This document shows, piece by piece, positions 11,347-22,445 of a DNA stretch of 64,000 nt. The stretch comes from Escherichia phage vB_Eco_QOTSP. The notes under the pieces were generated by a model. It did not search any database, had not been told where the DNA came from, and saw nothing but the letters and a program-made list of their open reading frames with translations. The stretch is taken from sequence record OY720014, one strand, 5' to 3'. A program made the translations under genes and the position numbers. Position 1 is the stretch's first letter, and each line of letters opens with the position of its first letter.

Positions 11347-12027
11347 ATGATAGATAAAGATTATATTGCAGAGCTGAAGGCTCTTGATGATAACAAAGAA
11401 GCTAAAGCTAAATTAGCTGAATATGCTGAACAGTTTGGTATAAAGGTCAAAAAGAATAAATCTTTTGATAATATCGTTGTTGATATTGAAGAAGCTCTCC
11501 AGAAGCTCGCTAGTGAACCTATGCCAGAGACTGATGGGTTATCTATTAAAGACTTAATTGATGCTGCTGATGCTGCAGAGGGATTAAAATATGACGATGA
11601 AGAAGTCAATCCAGAAGCAGCACTTTTGATTGATTCTCCAGTTAAATCTGACATTAAAATTGAAGTAGTAGAAACGGATAAAATTCCTGAAAATACCGAT
11701 GTTTTGATTGAAGATACTCCTTTTGTTGAAGAAAAATTCGAACAGGCTGTAGCTGAGATTATTGAATCTGAAAAGCCGTCTGTATTTACTCTTCCGGAAA
11801 ACTTTAGCCCGAATCTTCAGTTGATTGGAAAAAATCCAGGATTCTGTACTGTTCCTTGGTGGATTTATCAATGGATCGCTGAAACTCCGGATTGGAAATC
11901 TCACCCAACTAGTTTTGAGCATGCTTCTGCACACCAAACATTATTTAGCTTAATTTATTACATTAACCGTGACGGATCAGTTTTAATTCGTGAAACACGC
12001 AATTCTTCTTTCGTAACATTAAAATAA
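11347..12027 (+). CDS. inh: Inh, inhibitor of prohead protease (by position and size)
   Basis: 226 aa ORF immediately upstream of hoc. Confidence 0.65.
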   Translation: MIDKDYIAELKALDDNKEAKAKLAEYAEQFGIKVKKNKSFDNIVVDIEEALQKLASEPMPETDGLSIKDLIDAADAAEGLKYDDEEVNPEAALLIDSPVKSDIKIEVVETDKIPENTDVLIEDTPFVEEKFEQAVAEIIESEKPSVFTLPENFSPNLQLIGKNPGFCTVPWWIYQWIAETPDWKSHPTSFEHASAHQTLFSLIYYINRDGSVLIRETRNSSFVTLK

Positions 12028-12036
12028 GGATAACTT

Positions 12037-13455
12037 ATGGCTTTTACAGTTGATATAACTCCTAAAACACCTACTGGAGTTATAGATCAGACTCAGCAGT
12101 TTACTGCTACGCCCAGTGGTCAAACTGGAGATGGACCTATTACATATGCTTGGACTGTTGATGATGTTCCACAAGATGGGGCTGAAGCAACTTTTAGTTA
12201 TGTACTAAAAGGTCCTGCCGGTCAAAAGACTATTAAGGTAGTTGCAACAAATCCAGTTCCTGATACTGAAGCTGAAACAGCAGAAGCTACTACAACTATC
12301 ACAGTTCAAAATAAGACACAGACGACTACCTTAGCCGTAACTCCTGCTAGTCCTGCGGCTGGAGTGATTGGAACAGCTGTTGAATTTACCGCTGCTTTGG
12401 CTTCGCAGCCATTAGGCGCATCTGCTACGTATCAATGGTACGTTGACGGTTCTCCTGTGAGCGAAGCGACTAGCGCTACATTCAATTACACTCCTGACAC
12501 AAGCGGAGTTAAAACAATTAAGTGTGTGGCTCAAGTAACCGCGACAGATTATGACGCAAAAGAAGTTACTTCTAATGAAGTGTCACTGACTGTTAATAAA
12601 AAGACACAGACAACTACTTTGGCAGTAACTCCCGATAGTCCTGCGGCTGGAGTGATTGGAACCCCAGTTCAATTTACTGCTGCCTTAGCTTCTCAACCTG
12701 ATGGAGCATCTGCTACGTATCAGTGGTATGTAGATGATTCACAAGTTGGTGGAGAAACTAACTCTACATTTAGCTATACTCCAACTACAAGTGGAGTAAA
12801 AAGAATTAAATGCGTAGCCCAAGTAACTGCTGAAAATTACAATGAAAAGGAAGTTACTTCGAATGAAGTATCATTAACAGTTAATAAGAAGACAATGAAT
12901 CCACAGGTTACATTGACTCCTCCTTCTATTAACGTTCAACAAGATGCTTCGGCTACATTTACTGCTAATGTCACTGATGCTCCAGAAGAAGCGCAAATTG
13001 CGTATTCATGGAAGAAAGATTCTTCTCCTGTAGAAGGGTCAACTAATGTATATACCGTTGATACCTCATCTATTGGAAGTCAAACTATTGAAGTTACTGC
13101 AACTGTTACTGCTGCTGATTATGATAGCAAAACTATTACGGCGGAAGGTCAAGTTCAGGTAACTGATAAAGTTGCTCCAGAGCCAGAAGGTGAATTACCT
13201 TATGTTCATCCTCTTCCACATCGTACTTCAGCTTACATCTGGTGTGGTTGGTGGGTTATGGATGAAATCCAAAAAATGACCGAAGAAGGTAAAGATTGGA
13301 AAACTGACGATCCAGATAGTAAGTACTACTTGCATCGTTACACTCTCCAGAAGATGATGAAAGACTATCCAGAAGTTGATGTTCAAGAATCACGTAATGG
13401 ATACATCATTCATAAAACTGCTTTAGAAACTGGTATCATCTATACCTATCCATAA
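12037..13455 (+). CDS. hoc: Hoc, highly immunogenic outer capsid protein with an extra Ig-like domain
   Basis: 472 aa; recognisable Hoc N- and C-termini; internal 288-bp tandem repeat. Confidence 0.9.
   Translation: MAFTVDITPKTPTGVIDQTQQFTATPSGQTGDGPITYAWTVDDVPQDGAEATFSYVLKGPAGQKTIKVVATNPVPDTEAETAEATTTITVQNKTQTTTLAVTPASPAAGVIGTAVEFTAALASQPLGASATYQWYVDGSPVSEATSATFNYTPDTSGVKTIKCVAQVTATDYDAKEVTSNEVSLTVNKKTQTTTLAVTPDSPAAGVIGTPVQFTAALASQPDGASATYQWYVDDSQVGGETNSTFSYTPTTSGVKRIKCVAQVTAENYNEKEVTSNEVSLTVNKKTMNPQVTLTPPSINVQQDASATFTANVTDAPEEAQIAYSWKKDSSPVEGSTNVYTVDTSSIGSQTIEVTATVTAADYDSKTITAEGQVQVTDKVAPEPEGELPYVHPLPHRTSAYIWCGWWVMDEIQKMTEEGKDWKTDDPDSKYYLHRYTLQKMMKDYPEVDVQESRNGYIIHKTALETGIIYTYP
12313..12888 (+). 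repeat. in-frame tandem duplication (2 x 288 bp, about 80% identical) encoding two Ig-like Hoc domains
   Basis: Units begin AAGACACAGAC at 12313 and 12601, each ending in the Lys codons preceding the next unit. Confidence 0.85.
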
Positions 13456-13461
13456 TCATAA

Positions 13462-13482
13462 GGGGCTTCGGCCCCTTTCTTC
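13462..13482 (+). terminator. intrinsic terminator after hoc (GGGGC-TTCG-GCCCC + T-rich)
   Basis: Hairpin and T-run seen. Confidence 0.6.
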
Positions 13483-13544
13483 ATTTTGAAAGCACACAAA
13501 ACACAATCAGAAAATGATGTATATAATGGCACCAACTCGATAAC

Positions 13545-13760
13545 ATGAGATTGATTATGAGAACTGAGGTTGTGGTGTTTACTCTTCATGAGTCTGGAAA
13601 GTCATTCATTGAAATTGCTCGTGAATTAAACTTACAGGCAAAAGAAGTGGCTGTATTATGGGCTCGAGCTATGACTGCTAAGAATAAATTTGAAACTCGA
13701 GAAAAAGTTGTCTATAGAAAAAGACATATCAATAAAAAGGTGAAAAATGGAACAGTATGA
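13545..13760 (+). CDS. hypothetical protein (71 aa)
   Basis: ORF between hoc and rnlB; start uncertain. Confidence 0.45.
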   Translation: MRLIMRTEVVVFTLHESGKSFIEIARELNLQAKEVAVLWARAMTAKNKFETREKVVYRKRHINKKVKNGTV

Positions 13761-14025
13761 TCTTTATGAAAATGAATCTTTTGCTAATCAATTACGTGAA
13801 AAAGCATTAAAAAGTAAACAGTTTAAGCTAGAGTGTTTTATTAAAGATTTTTCAGAACTTGCTAATAAAGCAGCTGAACAAGGTAAAACATATTTTAGTT
13901 ATTATTGTACTGCTCGCGATAAATTGATTACTGAGGAAATTGGTGATTGGCTGAGAAAAGAAGGATTTAATTTTAAAGTCAATAGTGATCAGCGTGATGG
14001 TGATTGGTTAGAAATTACATTTTGA
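13747..14025 (+). CDS. hypothetical protein (92 aa)
   Basis: ORF between hoc and rnlB. Confidence 0.55.
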   Translation: MEQYDLYENESFANQLREKALKSKQFKLECFIKDFSELANKAAEQGKTYFSYYCTARDKLITEEIGDWLRKEGFNFKVNSDQRDGDWLEITF

Positions 14026-14034
14026 GGATTAATT

Positions 14035-15039
14035 ATGTTTAAAAAGTATAGCAGTCTTGAAAATCATTACAACTCTAAATTTATTGAAAAACTTTATAGC
14101 TTAGGATTGACTGGAGGCGAATGGGTAGCTCGTGAAAAGATTCACGGCACAAATTTCTCATTGATTATTGAGCGTGATAAAGTAACTTGCGCTAAACGTA
14201 CTGGACCGATTCTTCCTGCTGAAGATTTCTTCGGTTATGAAATTATTTTAAAGAATTACGAAGATTCTATTAAAGCTGTCCAAGAAATTATGGAAACTTC
14301 AGCTGTTGTGACTTATCAAGTTTTTGGCGAATTCGCTGGACCTGGCATTCAGAAGAATGTTGATTATGGCGATAAAGATTTTTATGTATTTGACATTATT
14401 GTCACTACCGAAAGTGGTGATGTAACTTATGTTGATGATTACATGATGGAATCGTTTTGTAATTCATTTGGGTTTAAAATCGCTCCACTTTTAGGCCGCG
14501 GTAAATTTGAAGAGCTTATTAAATTGCCAAATGATTTAGATTCTGTCGTCCAAGATTATAATTTTACAGTAGACCATGCTGGATTAGTTGACGCTAACAA
14601 ATGTGTTTGGAAAGCTGAAGCCAAAGGCGAAGTATTTACCGCTGAAGGATATGTATTGAAACCTTGTTATCCTTCTTGGCTGCCTAATCGCAATCGTGTA
14701 GCCATCAAATGCAAGAATTCTAAATTTAGTGAAAAGAAAAAGTCTGATAAGCCTATTAAAGCTAAAGTTGAACTGTCAGAAGCTGATAACAAATTGGTGG
14801 GGATTTTAGCTTGTTACGTTACACTAAACCGAGTAAATAACGTTATTTCTAAAATTGGCGAAATTGGTCCAAAAGATTTTGGAAAGGTGATGGGACTAAC
14901 TGTTCAAGATATTTTGGAAGAAACTTCTCGTGAAGGTATTACTCTAACTCAAGCGGATAATCCTTCTTTGATTAAAAAGGAATTAGTTAAAATGGTACAA
15001 GATGTACTTCGTCCGGCTTGGATTGAATTGGTAAGTTAA
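14035..15039 (+). CDS. rnlB: RNA ligase 2 (RnlB)
   Basis: 334 aa; nucleotidyltransferase motif [10 protein letters not shown]. Confidence 0.9.
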   Translation: MFKKYSSLENHYNSKFIEKLYSLGLTGGEWVAREKIHGTNFSLIIERDKVTCAKRTGPILPAEDFFGYEIILKNYEDSIKAVQEIMETSAVVTYQVFGEFAGPGIQKNVDYGDKDFYVFDIIVTTESGDVTYVDDYMMESFCNSFGFKIAPLLGRGKFEELIKLPNDLDSVVQDYNFTVDHAGLVDANKCVWKAEAKGEVFTAEGYVLKPCYPSWLPNRNRVAIKCKNSKFSEKKKSDKPIKAKVELSEADNKLVGILACYVTLNRVNNVISKIGEIGPKDFGKVMGLTVQDILEETSREGITLTQADNPSLIKKELVKMVQDVLRPAWIELVS

Positions 15040-15046
15040 ATAAAAA

Positions 15047-15070
15047 GGGACCGAAAGGTCCCTTTGTTTT
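15047..15070. terminator. bidirectional hairpin GGGACC-GAAA-GGTCCC + T-run between rnlB and gene 24
   Basis: Seen directly. Confidence 0.65.
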
Positions 15071-16352
15071 ATTCATCAATGATAATTTTTGGTAGCTTAA
15101 CACCTAATAAAACAGACAAATCTGAACGACCCGCCATTTTATCCATGTCTCCACCATCAATTACTCTTGCTTCTTTTTCATCTTTTGCTACGGTGTAAGG
15201 ATTTGCAGATAAAGCATATCTAACTAATAAACCGATAGACGGTTGCAAGCTTTCTGGATCAACAACAACTTTAAATGCACCTACATGTTCAGGGTCATCT
15301 AAGTCGAGACCTTCTGTATACGGAGCATAGAAAATTGATCCAACAATTTCTTTTTCACCGATATTTTCTACTACGCCAACGATTACATAATCTAATGGGC
15401 TGTTAGTATCGCAATAAAGTGGTAAACCATTAGCTAAAAACCCATAGGCATTTTGTGAAAGATATTTATCATCTTCTGGTTTATGTTTTAACCAACCTGA
15501 TGCAGCAAGAATCGCGGCGGCACGAGCAGAAGCAACACAGAACGTTGCTGTATAAGTTGATTCTTTTTGGATATGCGAAACCATTTCACATACCATTCGG
15601 TATAATGAACGACCAGCTTCAGGTGCAGATGCATAACTCAAATCAATGAATCCAGTATCAGTAATTCCTGTAACTTTATAACGTTTTGATACTGTAATCA
15701 AAGACTGCAGAATATCTTTATTGATTTCATCTGCCATTTCAGTTGCAAGCAAATCTTCCAAGAAATTAGGAGCATCGAATCCATTTGCTTCTAAATCTTG
15801 TGCTAATTCAACTGTGATACCAGTTTTAAGTTTGCGAGATTTAACTGCGGTTTGCCATTTATTAATCTGGAATCTAGCATCCGCAATTTCACTATCAGAG
15901 CTTTCAAATTTGCTTGTTGATGCTGCGTCAGAAAATAGACGAACCTTTAAAAGAACAATTGCAATCTGAAGAGCTAATTCTAAATCGCTTTCTTCAATAT
16001 CAGCAAATGGTGTATCTTCTAATACTTTATAAACGATATTATTATATTTGAATAAATCGCCTTTATTGAGAGTTAATTTAGACTCTTCTGTTAATTCTGT
16101 GATTTGTTCTCGGTCTACATATCCGGCTTCGCCAGCGTAAGTAGCACCAGTTTTAAATGTAAATTCATTGTCTGGGTTAAGGTATTTGATACCATAAAAA
16201 GCAGCAACAGGTTGATTAGTTCTTTGCGTTGCTACAATGTCAGAATATATTAATTTAGTGGTAGCGCGAGTCAAAGCAACGAGATTTGGGCGACCGATTG
16301 AGTTGCTATTCGTTGTGGTTGATTCGCGCAGAAGTTCGTTGATTTTAGCCAT
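15069..16352 (-). CDS. 24: head vertex protein gp24
   Basis: 427 aa, paralogous to gp23, T4 position. Confidence 0.9.
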   Translation of the reverse strand: MAKINELLRESTTTNSNSIGRPNLVALTRATTKLIYSDIVATQRTNQPVAAFYGIKYLNPDNEFTFKTGATYAGEAGYVDREQITELTEESKLTLNKGDLFKYNNIVYKVLEDTPFADIEESDLELALQIAIVLLKVRLFSDAASTSKFESSDSEIADARFQINKWQTAVKSRKLKTGITVELAQDLEANGFDAPNFLEDLLATEMADEINKDILQSLITVSKRYKVTGITDTGFIDLSYASAPEAGRSLYRMVCEMVSHIQKESTYTATFCVASARAAAILAASGWLKHKPEDDKYLSQNAYGFLANGLPLYCDTNSPLDYVIVGVVENIGEKEIVGSIFYAPYTEGLDLDDPEHVGAFKVVVDPESLQPSIGLLVRYALSANPYTVAKDEKEARVIDGGDMDKMAGRSDLSVLLGVKLPKIIIDE

Positions 16353-16404
16353 TGCGCTTTCCTTTTGGTTTATATGATTTATTTATACCATAAAAACAAC
16401 TAAA

Positions 16405-16420
16405 GGGACCCGAAGGTCCC
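16405..16420. terminator. hairpin GGGACC-CGAA-GGTCCC between genes 23 and 24
   Basis: Seen directly; same hairpin family as 1237 and 15047. Confidence 0.5.
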
Positions 16421-16435
16421 TTAAATCGTCAAAGA

Positions 16436-18001
16436 TTAGATACCTTTAACATATACACGGCGGAAGTAAGCGTTTTTACCAAGGCTATTCAGAATAGAAG
16501 GCATACCGCTCTGGATGCGAGAAGCCGGAGCCTGAGCAGCGGATTCTGCAAATGGGTTGATACCGATACCGTAACGAGTTTTGAATCCCATTACCGGTTG
16601 GAAGTTCTTCGGATCGGAACCACGCAGCGGAGTCAGAGCTACATATGGAGCGTAGTAAATACCAGCATCCATTTCGTTCGGACCTTTATAACCTACAGTG
16701 AAATAATCCTGTTTAGCATACTGGTCGATATATACACGGTATTTACCACCCAGAACACCAGCAAATACTGACTTGGTAGTATCAGTGTTAAAGCCGGTAG
16801 CCAGACCCTGTGCAGCATAAGAAATGCCAGTATCAACTGAAGCCAGAACGTTAACTACGTTACGGGAAGCGATAATGAAGTTACCTTCACCACGACCGGT
16901 CTGACGAGCAATTTCAACTGCTTCTTTGTCAATCTGGAACAACAGAGCTTTAAAGGATTCACCCGCCCAGCGAGCACCACGAATATCAATCGGATCCTGG
17001 AAGTCAAATACACCAGCTTTAGAACCCGGAGTCAGGGTCATACCAGATTTACCAACCTGAGCTGAGTAGTTAATCCAATCAACAACTTCGCGGTTGATTT
17101 CCAGCATGATTTCGGTAGCCAGAATACCAGACAGTTCAGCATCAGCATCCATACCGTGAACAGCGCGGAGGTCTTGTGCTAATTCGATAGAGTAAGCAGC
17201 TTTCAGCTGGCGAGATTTAGCTTCGATAACTTGTTTATCGATACGGAAGCCCATTTCATTCCATGGGTTATCGGTAGAACCGTTGAAACCTTCCTGAAGT
17301 TCAGCGATAGAAGTAGCCATACCTTCTGCGATTTCTACCAGTACACCAGCTTCCATTTGTTTCTTAATTTCAGCATCTAATTTAGCTGCATCATCTGCAG
17401 TAGAACTAATTGTTACTTGAGCAGAAGCTTGCAGATACACAGTACCAGTGTCCTGGAAGAAGTGAGTATAGATATCACCTACTGTAGTTTGCGTGCTAGC
17501 AGCCAGAGCTGGGAATTTCTTAGCAGCACCCTGACCAGAGAACATTGCATCTGGACCATACATTGGGTGGAATGCTTCTTTAGCGCCGGAAGCGATTGGG
17601 TCTTTACCATATACTGCGCGCAGTGCGAATACCTGGCCAGTCGGGCTGTTCATCGGCTGAACACCACAAATATCGAAAGCAATCAGGTTAGGAATAGCAC
17701 GACGTACCATACCCATAACAGCTGGGCCAATCTGAGTTACTGCGCCAGAAGTCTGACCTGCAGCGATGTTGGTAGCATTGTAACCGTGGTCACCACCGAT
17801 TTCAGCTTCTGTTAAGAAAGAACCAAATGCCTGAGCAATTTTTTCGTCTTTGTATTCTGGAGCTGTCTGGAAATCTTTTTCCTGGTTTTCAAAGATTTTA
17901 GCGATAATCGCTTGTTTGCTATTAGCAATTTCCGGTAAACCTTCACCTTCCAGTAATGGCTTCCATTTGTTCAAAAGTTCAGCTTTAGTTTTGATAGTCA
18001 T
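16436..18001 (-). CDS. 23: major capsid protein gp23
   Basis: 521 aa, N-terminus MTIKTKAELLNKWKPLLEG... recognisable as T4 gp23; high GC and host-like codon usage. Confidence 0.95.
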   Translation of the reverse strand: MTIKTKAELLNKWKPLLEGEGLPEIANSKQAIIAKIFENQEKDFQTAPEYKDEKIAQAFGSFLTEAEIGGDHGYNATNIAAGQTSGAVTQIGPAVMGMVRRAIPNLIAFDICGVQPMNSPTGQVFALRAVYGKDPIASGAKEAFHPMYGPDAMFSGQGAAKKFPALAASTQTTVGDIYTHFFQDTGTVYLQASAQVTISSTADDAAKLDAEIKKQMEAGVLVEIAEGMATSIAELQEGFNGSTDNPWNEMGFRIDKQVIEAKSRQLKAAYSIELAQDLRAVHGMDADAELSGILATEIMLEINREVVDWINYSAQVGKSGMTLTPGSKAGVFDFQDPIDIRGARWAGESFKALLFQIDKEAVEIARQTGRGEGNFIIASRNVVNVLASVDTGISYAAQGLATGFNTDTTKSVFAGVLGGKYRVYIDQYAKQDYFTVGYKGPNEMDAGIYYAPYVALTPLRGSDPKNFQPVMGFKTRYGIGINPFAESAAQAPASRIQSGMPSILNSLGKNAYFRRVYVKGI

Positions 18002-18019
18002 TTGTGTTAACCTTTAAAA

Positions 18020-18829
18020 TTAGAAACGAGATGCGACTTTCGCATATACACTTACAATATCTTCTGCACCTTGTGCAGCTTTATCTTCTACAGCTTCAGT
18101 GACGAAATTCAGTCCGGCTGCTTCAGTATCAGGAGTATTTATACTCTCAGTAATAGTGCTTTCATCTTTATTAGATTTCTTCACCATTTCTACGATTGCA
18201 CTCAATTTACTTGAGAATGCATCTGAATAATCCATACCTTCGACCAGAGCAGAGACTTTTTCTTTTTGAGACTCAGTCAGATCTTTAGTACTTTCGCTCA
18301 ATGCCACTTCACGCTGCACATAATTGATATATGCGTCACGCTTATTGAGTTCTTCGAACAGACGAGCTGATTCTTCTTTATGTTCTTGCAGCTCTTCTTC
18401 CATTTCAGCTACAACATCAACTGATTCTTCTGGAACAACAACGTTGTGTTCAACAAAGAGCTCTTTTAATCCACCAAGCATGGATTCAAACAGTTCGGCT
18501 TTGATGCCTTTATCAACTGCTAATTTATTTTCAGCGAGCCATTCTTTCGCAAGATGGTCAATGAATTTAGAAGCTTGCTCAGCGATTTTCTTCTCAGCTT
18601 TTTCTTCGGCTTCTTCTTTATTTTTTTCTACTTCTTCTTCTGCTTTTTCAGCAATTTTAGCGATATGAGATTCAGCTAATTTAACGGCGTGCTGCTTGAC
18701 GGTAGCTTCGAATACAGTGCCGAAAGTTTCTTTTGCTTCCGGAGAAATATTAACTGATTCGAAAATACTATCAAGAGCAACGGAAGCATCAATTTTTTGC
18801 GCTTCAGCAATCAGTTGTTCTTTAAGCAT
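18020..18829 (-). CDS. 22: prohead scaffold protein gp22
   Basis: 269 aa, acidic coiled-coil. Confidence 0.9.
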   Translation of the reverse strand: MLKEQLIAEAQKIDASVALDSIFESVNISPEAKETFGTVFEATVKQHAVKLAESHIAKIAEKAEEEVEKNKEEAEEKAEKKIAEQASKFIDHLAKEWLAENKLAVDKGIKAELFESMLGGLKELFVEHNVVVPEESVDVVAEMEEELQEHKEESARLFEELNKRDAYINYVQREVALSESTKDLTESQKEKVSALVEGMDYSDAFSSKLSAIVEMVKKSNKDESTITESINTPDTEAAGLNFVTEAVEDKAAQGAEDIVSVYAKVASRF

Positions 18830-18855
18830 TTTGTAGTCCTGTTGTTTAGATAATA

Positions 18856-18863
18856 ATATTTAT
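18856..18863 (-). promoter_or_regulatory. late promoter TATAAATA upstream of gene 22
   Basis: Exact TATAAATA on minus strand about 27 bp from start codon. Confidence 0.6.
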
Positions 18864-19498
18864 AACGCTTTTTTCATGGCCTCTGCGAGAGCCATATAGG
18901 CGTCATCGGCACTTGTATCGGCTTCCGCCGTCTGTGATTCGGTAATTTCCTTAGGAGTTACCCATGCATCTGGAGCACTTGGACCCCATACTGCATCAAC
19001 ACCTACAGTTAATTTGAATCCTTCGTTTACGATACGATAACCTTTATTTGTGTCAGTCAATGAACCTAATCCACGAGAAGAAACTCCTGGAATCCATCCG
19101 GCACGAATATTAGCTGCTAATTTATCTCCAGGACCATGGTCACCTTCAATAACACGAGCTCGTCCGTATACGTCATTTCCTTTCCACCACATATCTTCTA
19201 TAATGATAGCGGCTTGCATCGGGTCAACATTAGCGCGTGGAGGATGATTTAATTCTCCGAGAGCTTGTTTAGTTAAAACTTGCTCATTGATATAGTCTTT
19301 TACCGCTTTTTCTAATATGCGTTTTGGATAAAGACGTTTATTTCTATTGACGACTTCCGCTTGCATGAATATTCCTTCGATGTATAAACCAGGTTTTAAA
19401 CCTAGGTCTTTTCCATCATGAGATTCAAGCATTGGCACGCCATCAATAATTTCGCCAGGTTGACCCCAAGTTTCAATTAGTAATTGGGGTTCATTCAT
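18860..19498 (-). CDS. 21: prohead core protease gp21
   Basis: 212 aa, recognisable T4 gp21. Confidence 0.9.
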   Translation of the reverse strand: MNEPQLLIETWGQPGEIIDGVPMLESHDGKDLGLKPGLYIEGIFMQAEVVNRNKRLYPKRILEKAVKDYINEQVLTKQALGELNHPPRANVDPMQAAIIIEDMWWKGNDVYGRARVIEGDHGPGDKLAANIRAGWIPGVSSRGLGSLTDTNKGYRIVNEGFKLTVGVDAVWGPSAPDAWVTPKEITESQTAEADTSADDAYMALAEAMKKAL

Positions 19499-19923
19499 TA
19501 GCTTAATCCTAATGCTTTACGGCGTTTAAGAGCTTTTTTACGCTTACGCTGAGCACGAGATTGACCTGCTGGGTTGGCAATCTTCGTTTTGGTAGCTTTG
19601 CGAGCAATTTGTCTACGTTTTGCTTTAGACAGCCCGGTGGTTTGAAATGCATTACGTTCACGCGTCTTGCGGTCTTTAGTACGTGTAATTTCACCACGAG
19701 CAGAAACATGTTTAACGATGAATTCATTTAGCGGCATATCTTCATTAATAGAAGCTAATGCAATCGCTAAATCAGTTTCATCATCAAGCATATTCTCGAC
19801 AATTGTATTTATATCGTCTTTATTTAAAGCAGAAGACAATTCGTCAAAGCGACCCTGTGCTTCAGGAATAAGTGCTTCGACATTCTCGAGAACTAATTCA
19901 TGAGTTTCAGGGATCAGAAGCAT
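19498..19923 (-). CDS. 68: prohead core protein gp68
   Basis: 141 aa, position. Confidence 0.8.
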   Translation of the reverse strand: MLLIPETHELVLENVEALIPEAQGRFDELSSALNKDDINTIVENMLDDETDLAIALASINEDMPLNEFIVKHVSARGEITRTKDRKTRERNAFQTTGLSKAKRRQIARKATKTKIANPAGQSRAQRKRKKALKRRKALGLS

Positions 19924-20179
19924 TATTCATCATCCTCGTCTTCGTCATCTTCGTCAGAGTCTTTGTCTTTTTTGTCGTCTTTATCATCGCTATCTTCATC
20001 ATCCTCGTCTTCGTCATCATCCTCGTCATCAGGTTCTTCACCTTCGATTAAGAAATTACGAGCGATAGCGATTTTTTCTTCTTTAATTAAATCAATCGTT
20101 CTTGCAGCCATGGCTTCAGCAAAGAATTTACGAGCGGCTACGAGGTCGTTTGATTTAATAGCTTCAATTAAACCTTCCA

Positions 20180-20180
<1 letters not shown>
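19923..20180 (-). CDS. 67: prohead core protein gp67 with poly-acidic tail
   Basis: 85 aa; Asp/Glu-rich low-complexity C-terminus. Confidence 0.8.
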
Positions 20181-21805
<1,625 letters not shown>

Positions 21806-21837
21806 TTAAGCAGGATGGGGATTTCTCCCCATTCATT

Positions 21838-22329
21838 TTATTCCCAATAATCGAGAGCAAGAGTTACTTCAAAGGTTTGGATTTCATTGTTTGAATCCCA
21901 ATCTAATTGAAGTTCACCCACGTTAGTAGGCCATAGACCTTTAATTTCAATTTCTTTTGTTACTGTTTTAGCGTCACGAGCATATTGACGAACGATAGCG
22001 CTCTTTTTATACTCTGCAGGTTTTCCACCAGTAATTTCGTTTCCTTGCCCCGCAGCAATGCTTTGCCAATCAACGAACTTCTGGCGAGCATCATGTGCCT
22101 CATCGTTCATTACTGTAACAGTCCAGTCATCGAATGTACGATCGCCTGCTACGTTAATTTTACGGTTCATAAATCCGACTGGAATTTTTTCTACAATACC
22201 AGCTGGTAGAGCAGTAGCTTTACATTGGAACGTAAAATTTTGTCCAAGATAAGAAATTTCTACTTGGAATAAGTTAGGTCGAGCAAAATCACCAGATTCA
22301 AACGCTCGTGTTACATCATCTACAAACAT
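21838..22329 (-). CDS. 19: tail tube protein gp19
   Basis: 163 aa. Confidence 0.9.
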   Translation of the reverse strand: MFVDDVTRAFESGDFARPNLFQVEISYLGQNFTFQCKATALPAGIVEKIPVGFMNRKINVAGDRTFDDWTVTVMNDEAHDARQKFVDWQSIAAGQGNEITGGKPAEYKKSAIVRQYARDAKTVTKEIEIKGLWPTNVGELQLDWDSNNEIQTFEVTLALDYWE

Positions 22330-22343
22330 ATTAGCCTCTGTAG

Positions 22344-22351
22344 TATTTATA
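22344..22351 (-). promoter_or_regulatory. late promoter TATAAATA upstream of gene 19 (second copy at 22403..22410)
   Basis: Exact motif on minus strand; hairpin GGCCTG-CCGAAA-CAGGCC at 22413..22430. Confidence 0.6.
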
Positions 22352-22445
22352 TCCCTATGTTTAACCTAGGGCATATAGAATTAAAGAATTAAGGATATAG
22401 TGTATTTATATGGCCTGCCGAAACAGGCCTTTAGAATGCACCGTA

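Noticed and set aside
12313-12888. Possible CRISPR-like array suggested by long direct repeats
   Set aside because: The repeats are 288 bp, in-frame and coding (Hoc Ig-like domains); no short repeat-spacer architecture anywhere in the window
16436-18001. Elevated GC and host-like codon usage across gene 23 as evidence of horizontal acquisition
   Set aside because: Explained by codon adaptation of the very highly expressed major capsid gene; protein is canonical gp23
19923-20040. Asp/Glu codon repeat in gene 67 as a potential novel repeat element
   Set aside because: It is the poly-acidic tail of a prohead core protein; ordinary low-complexity coding sequence
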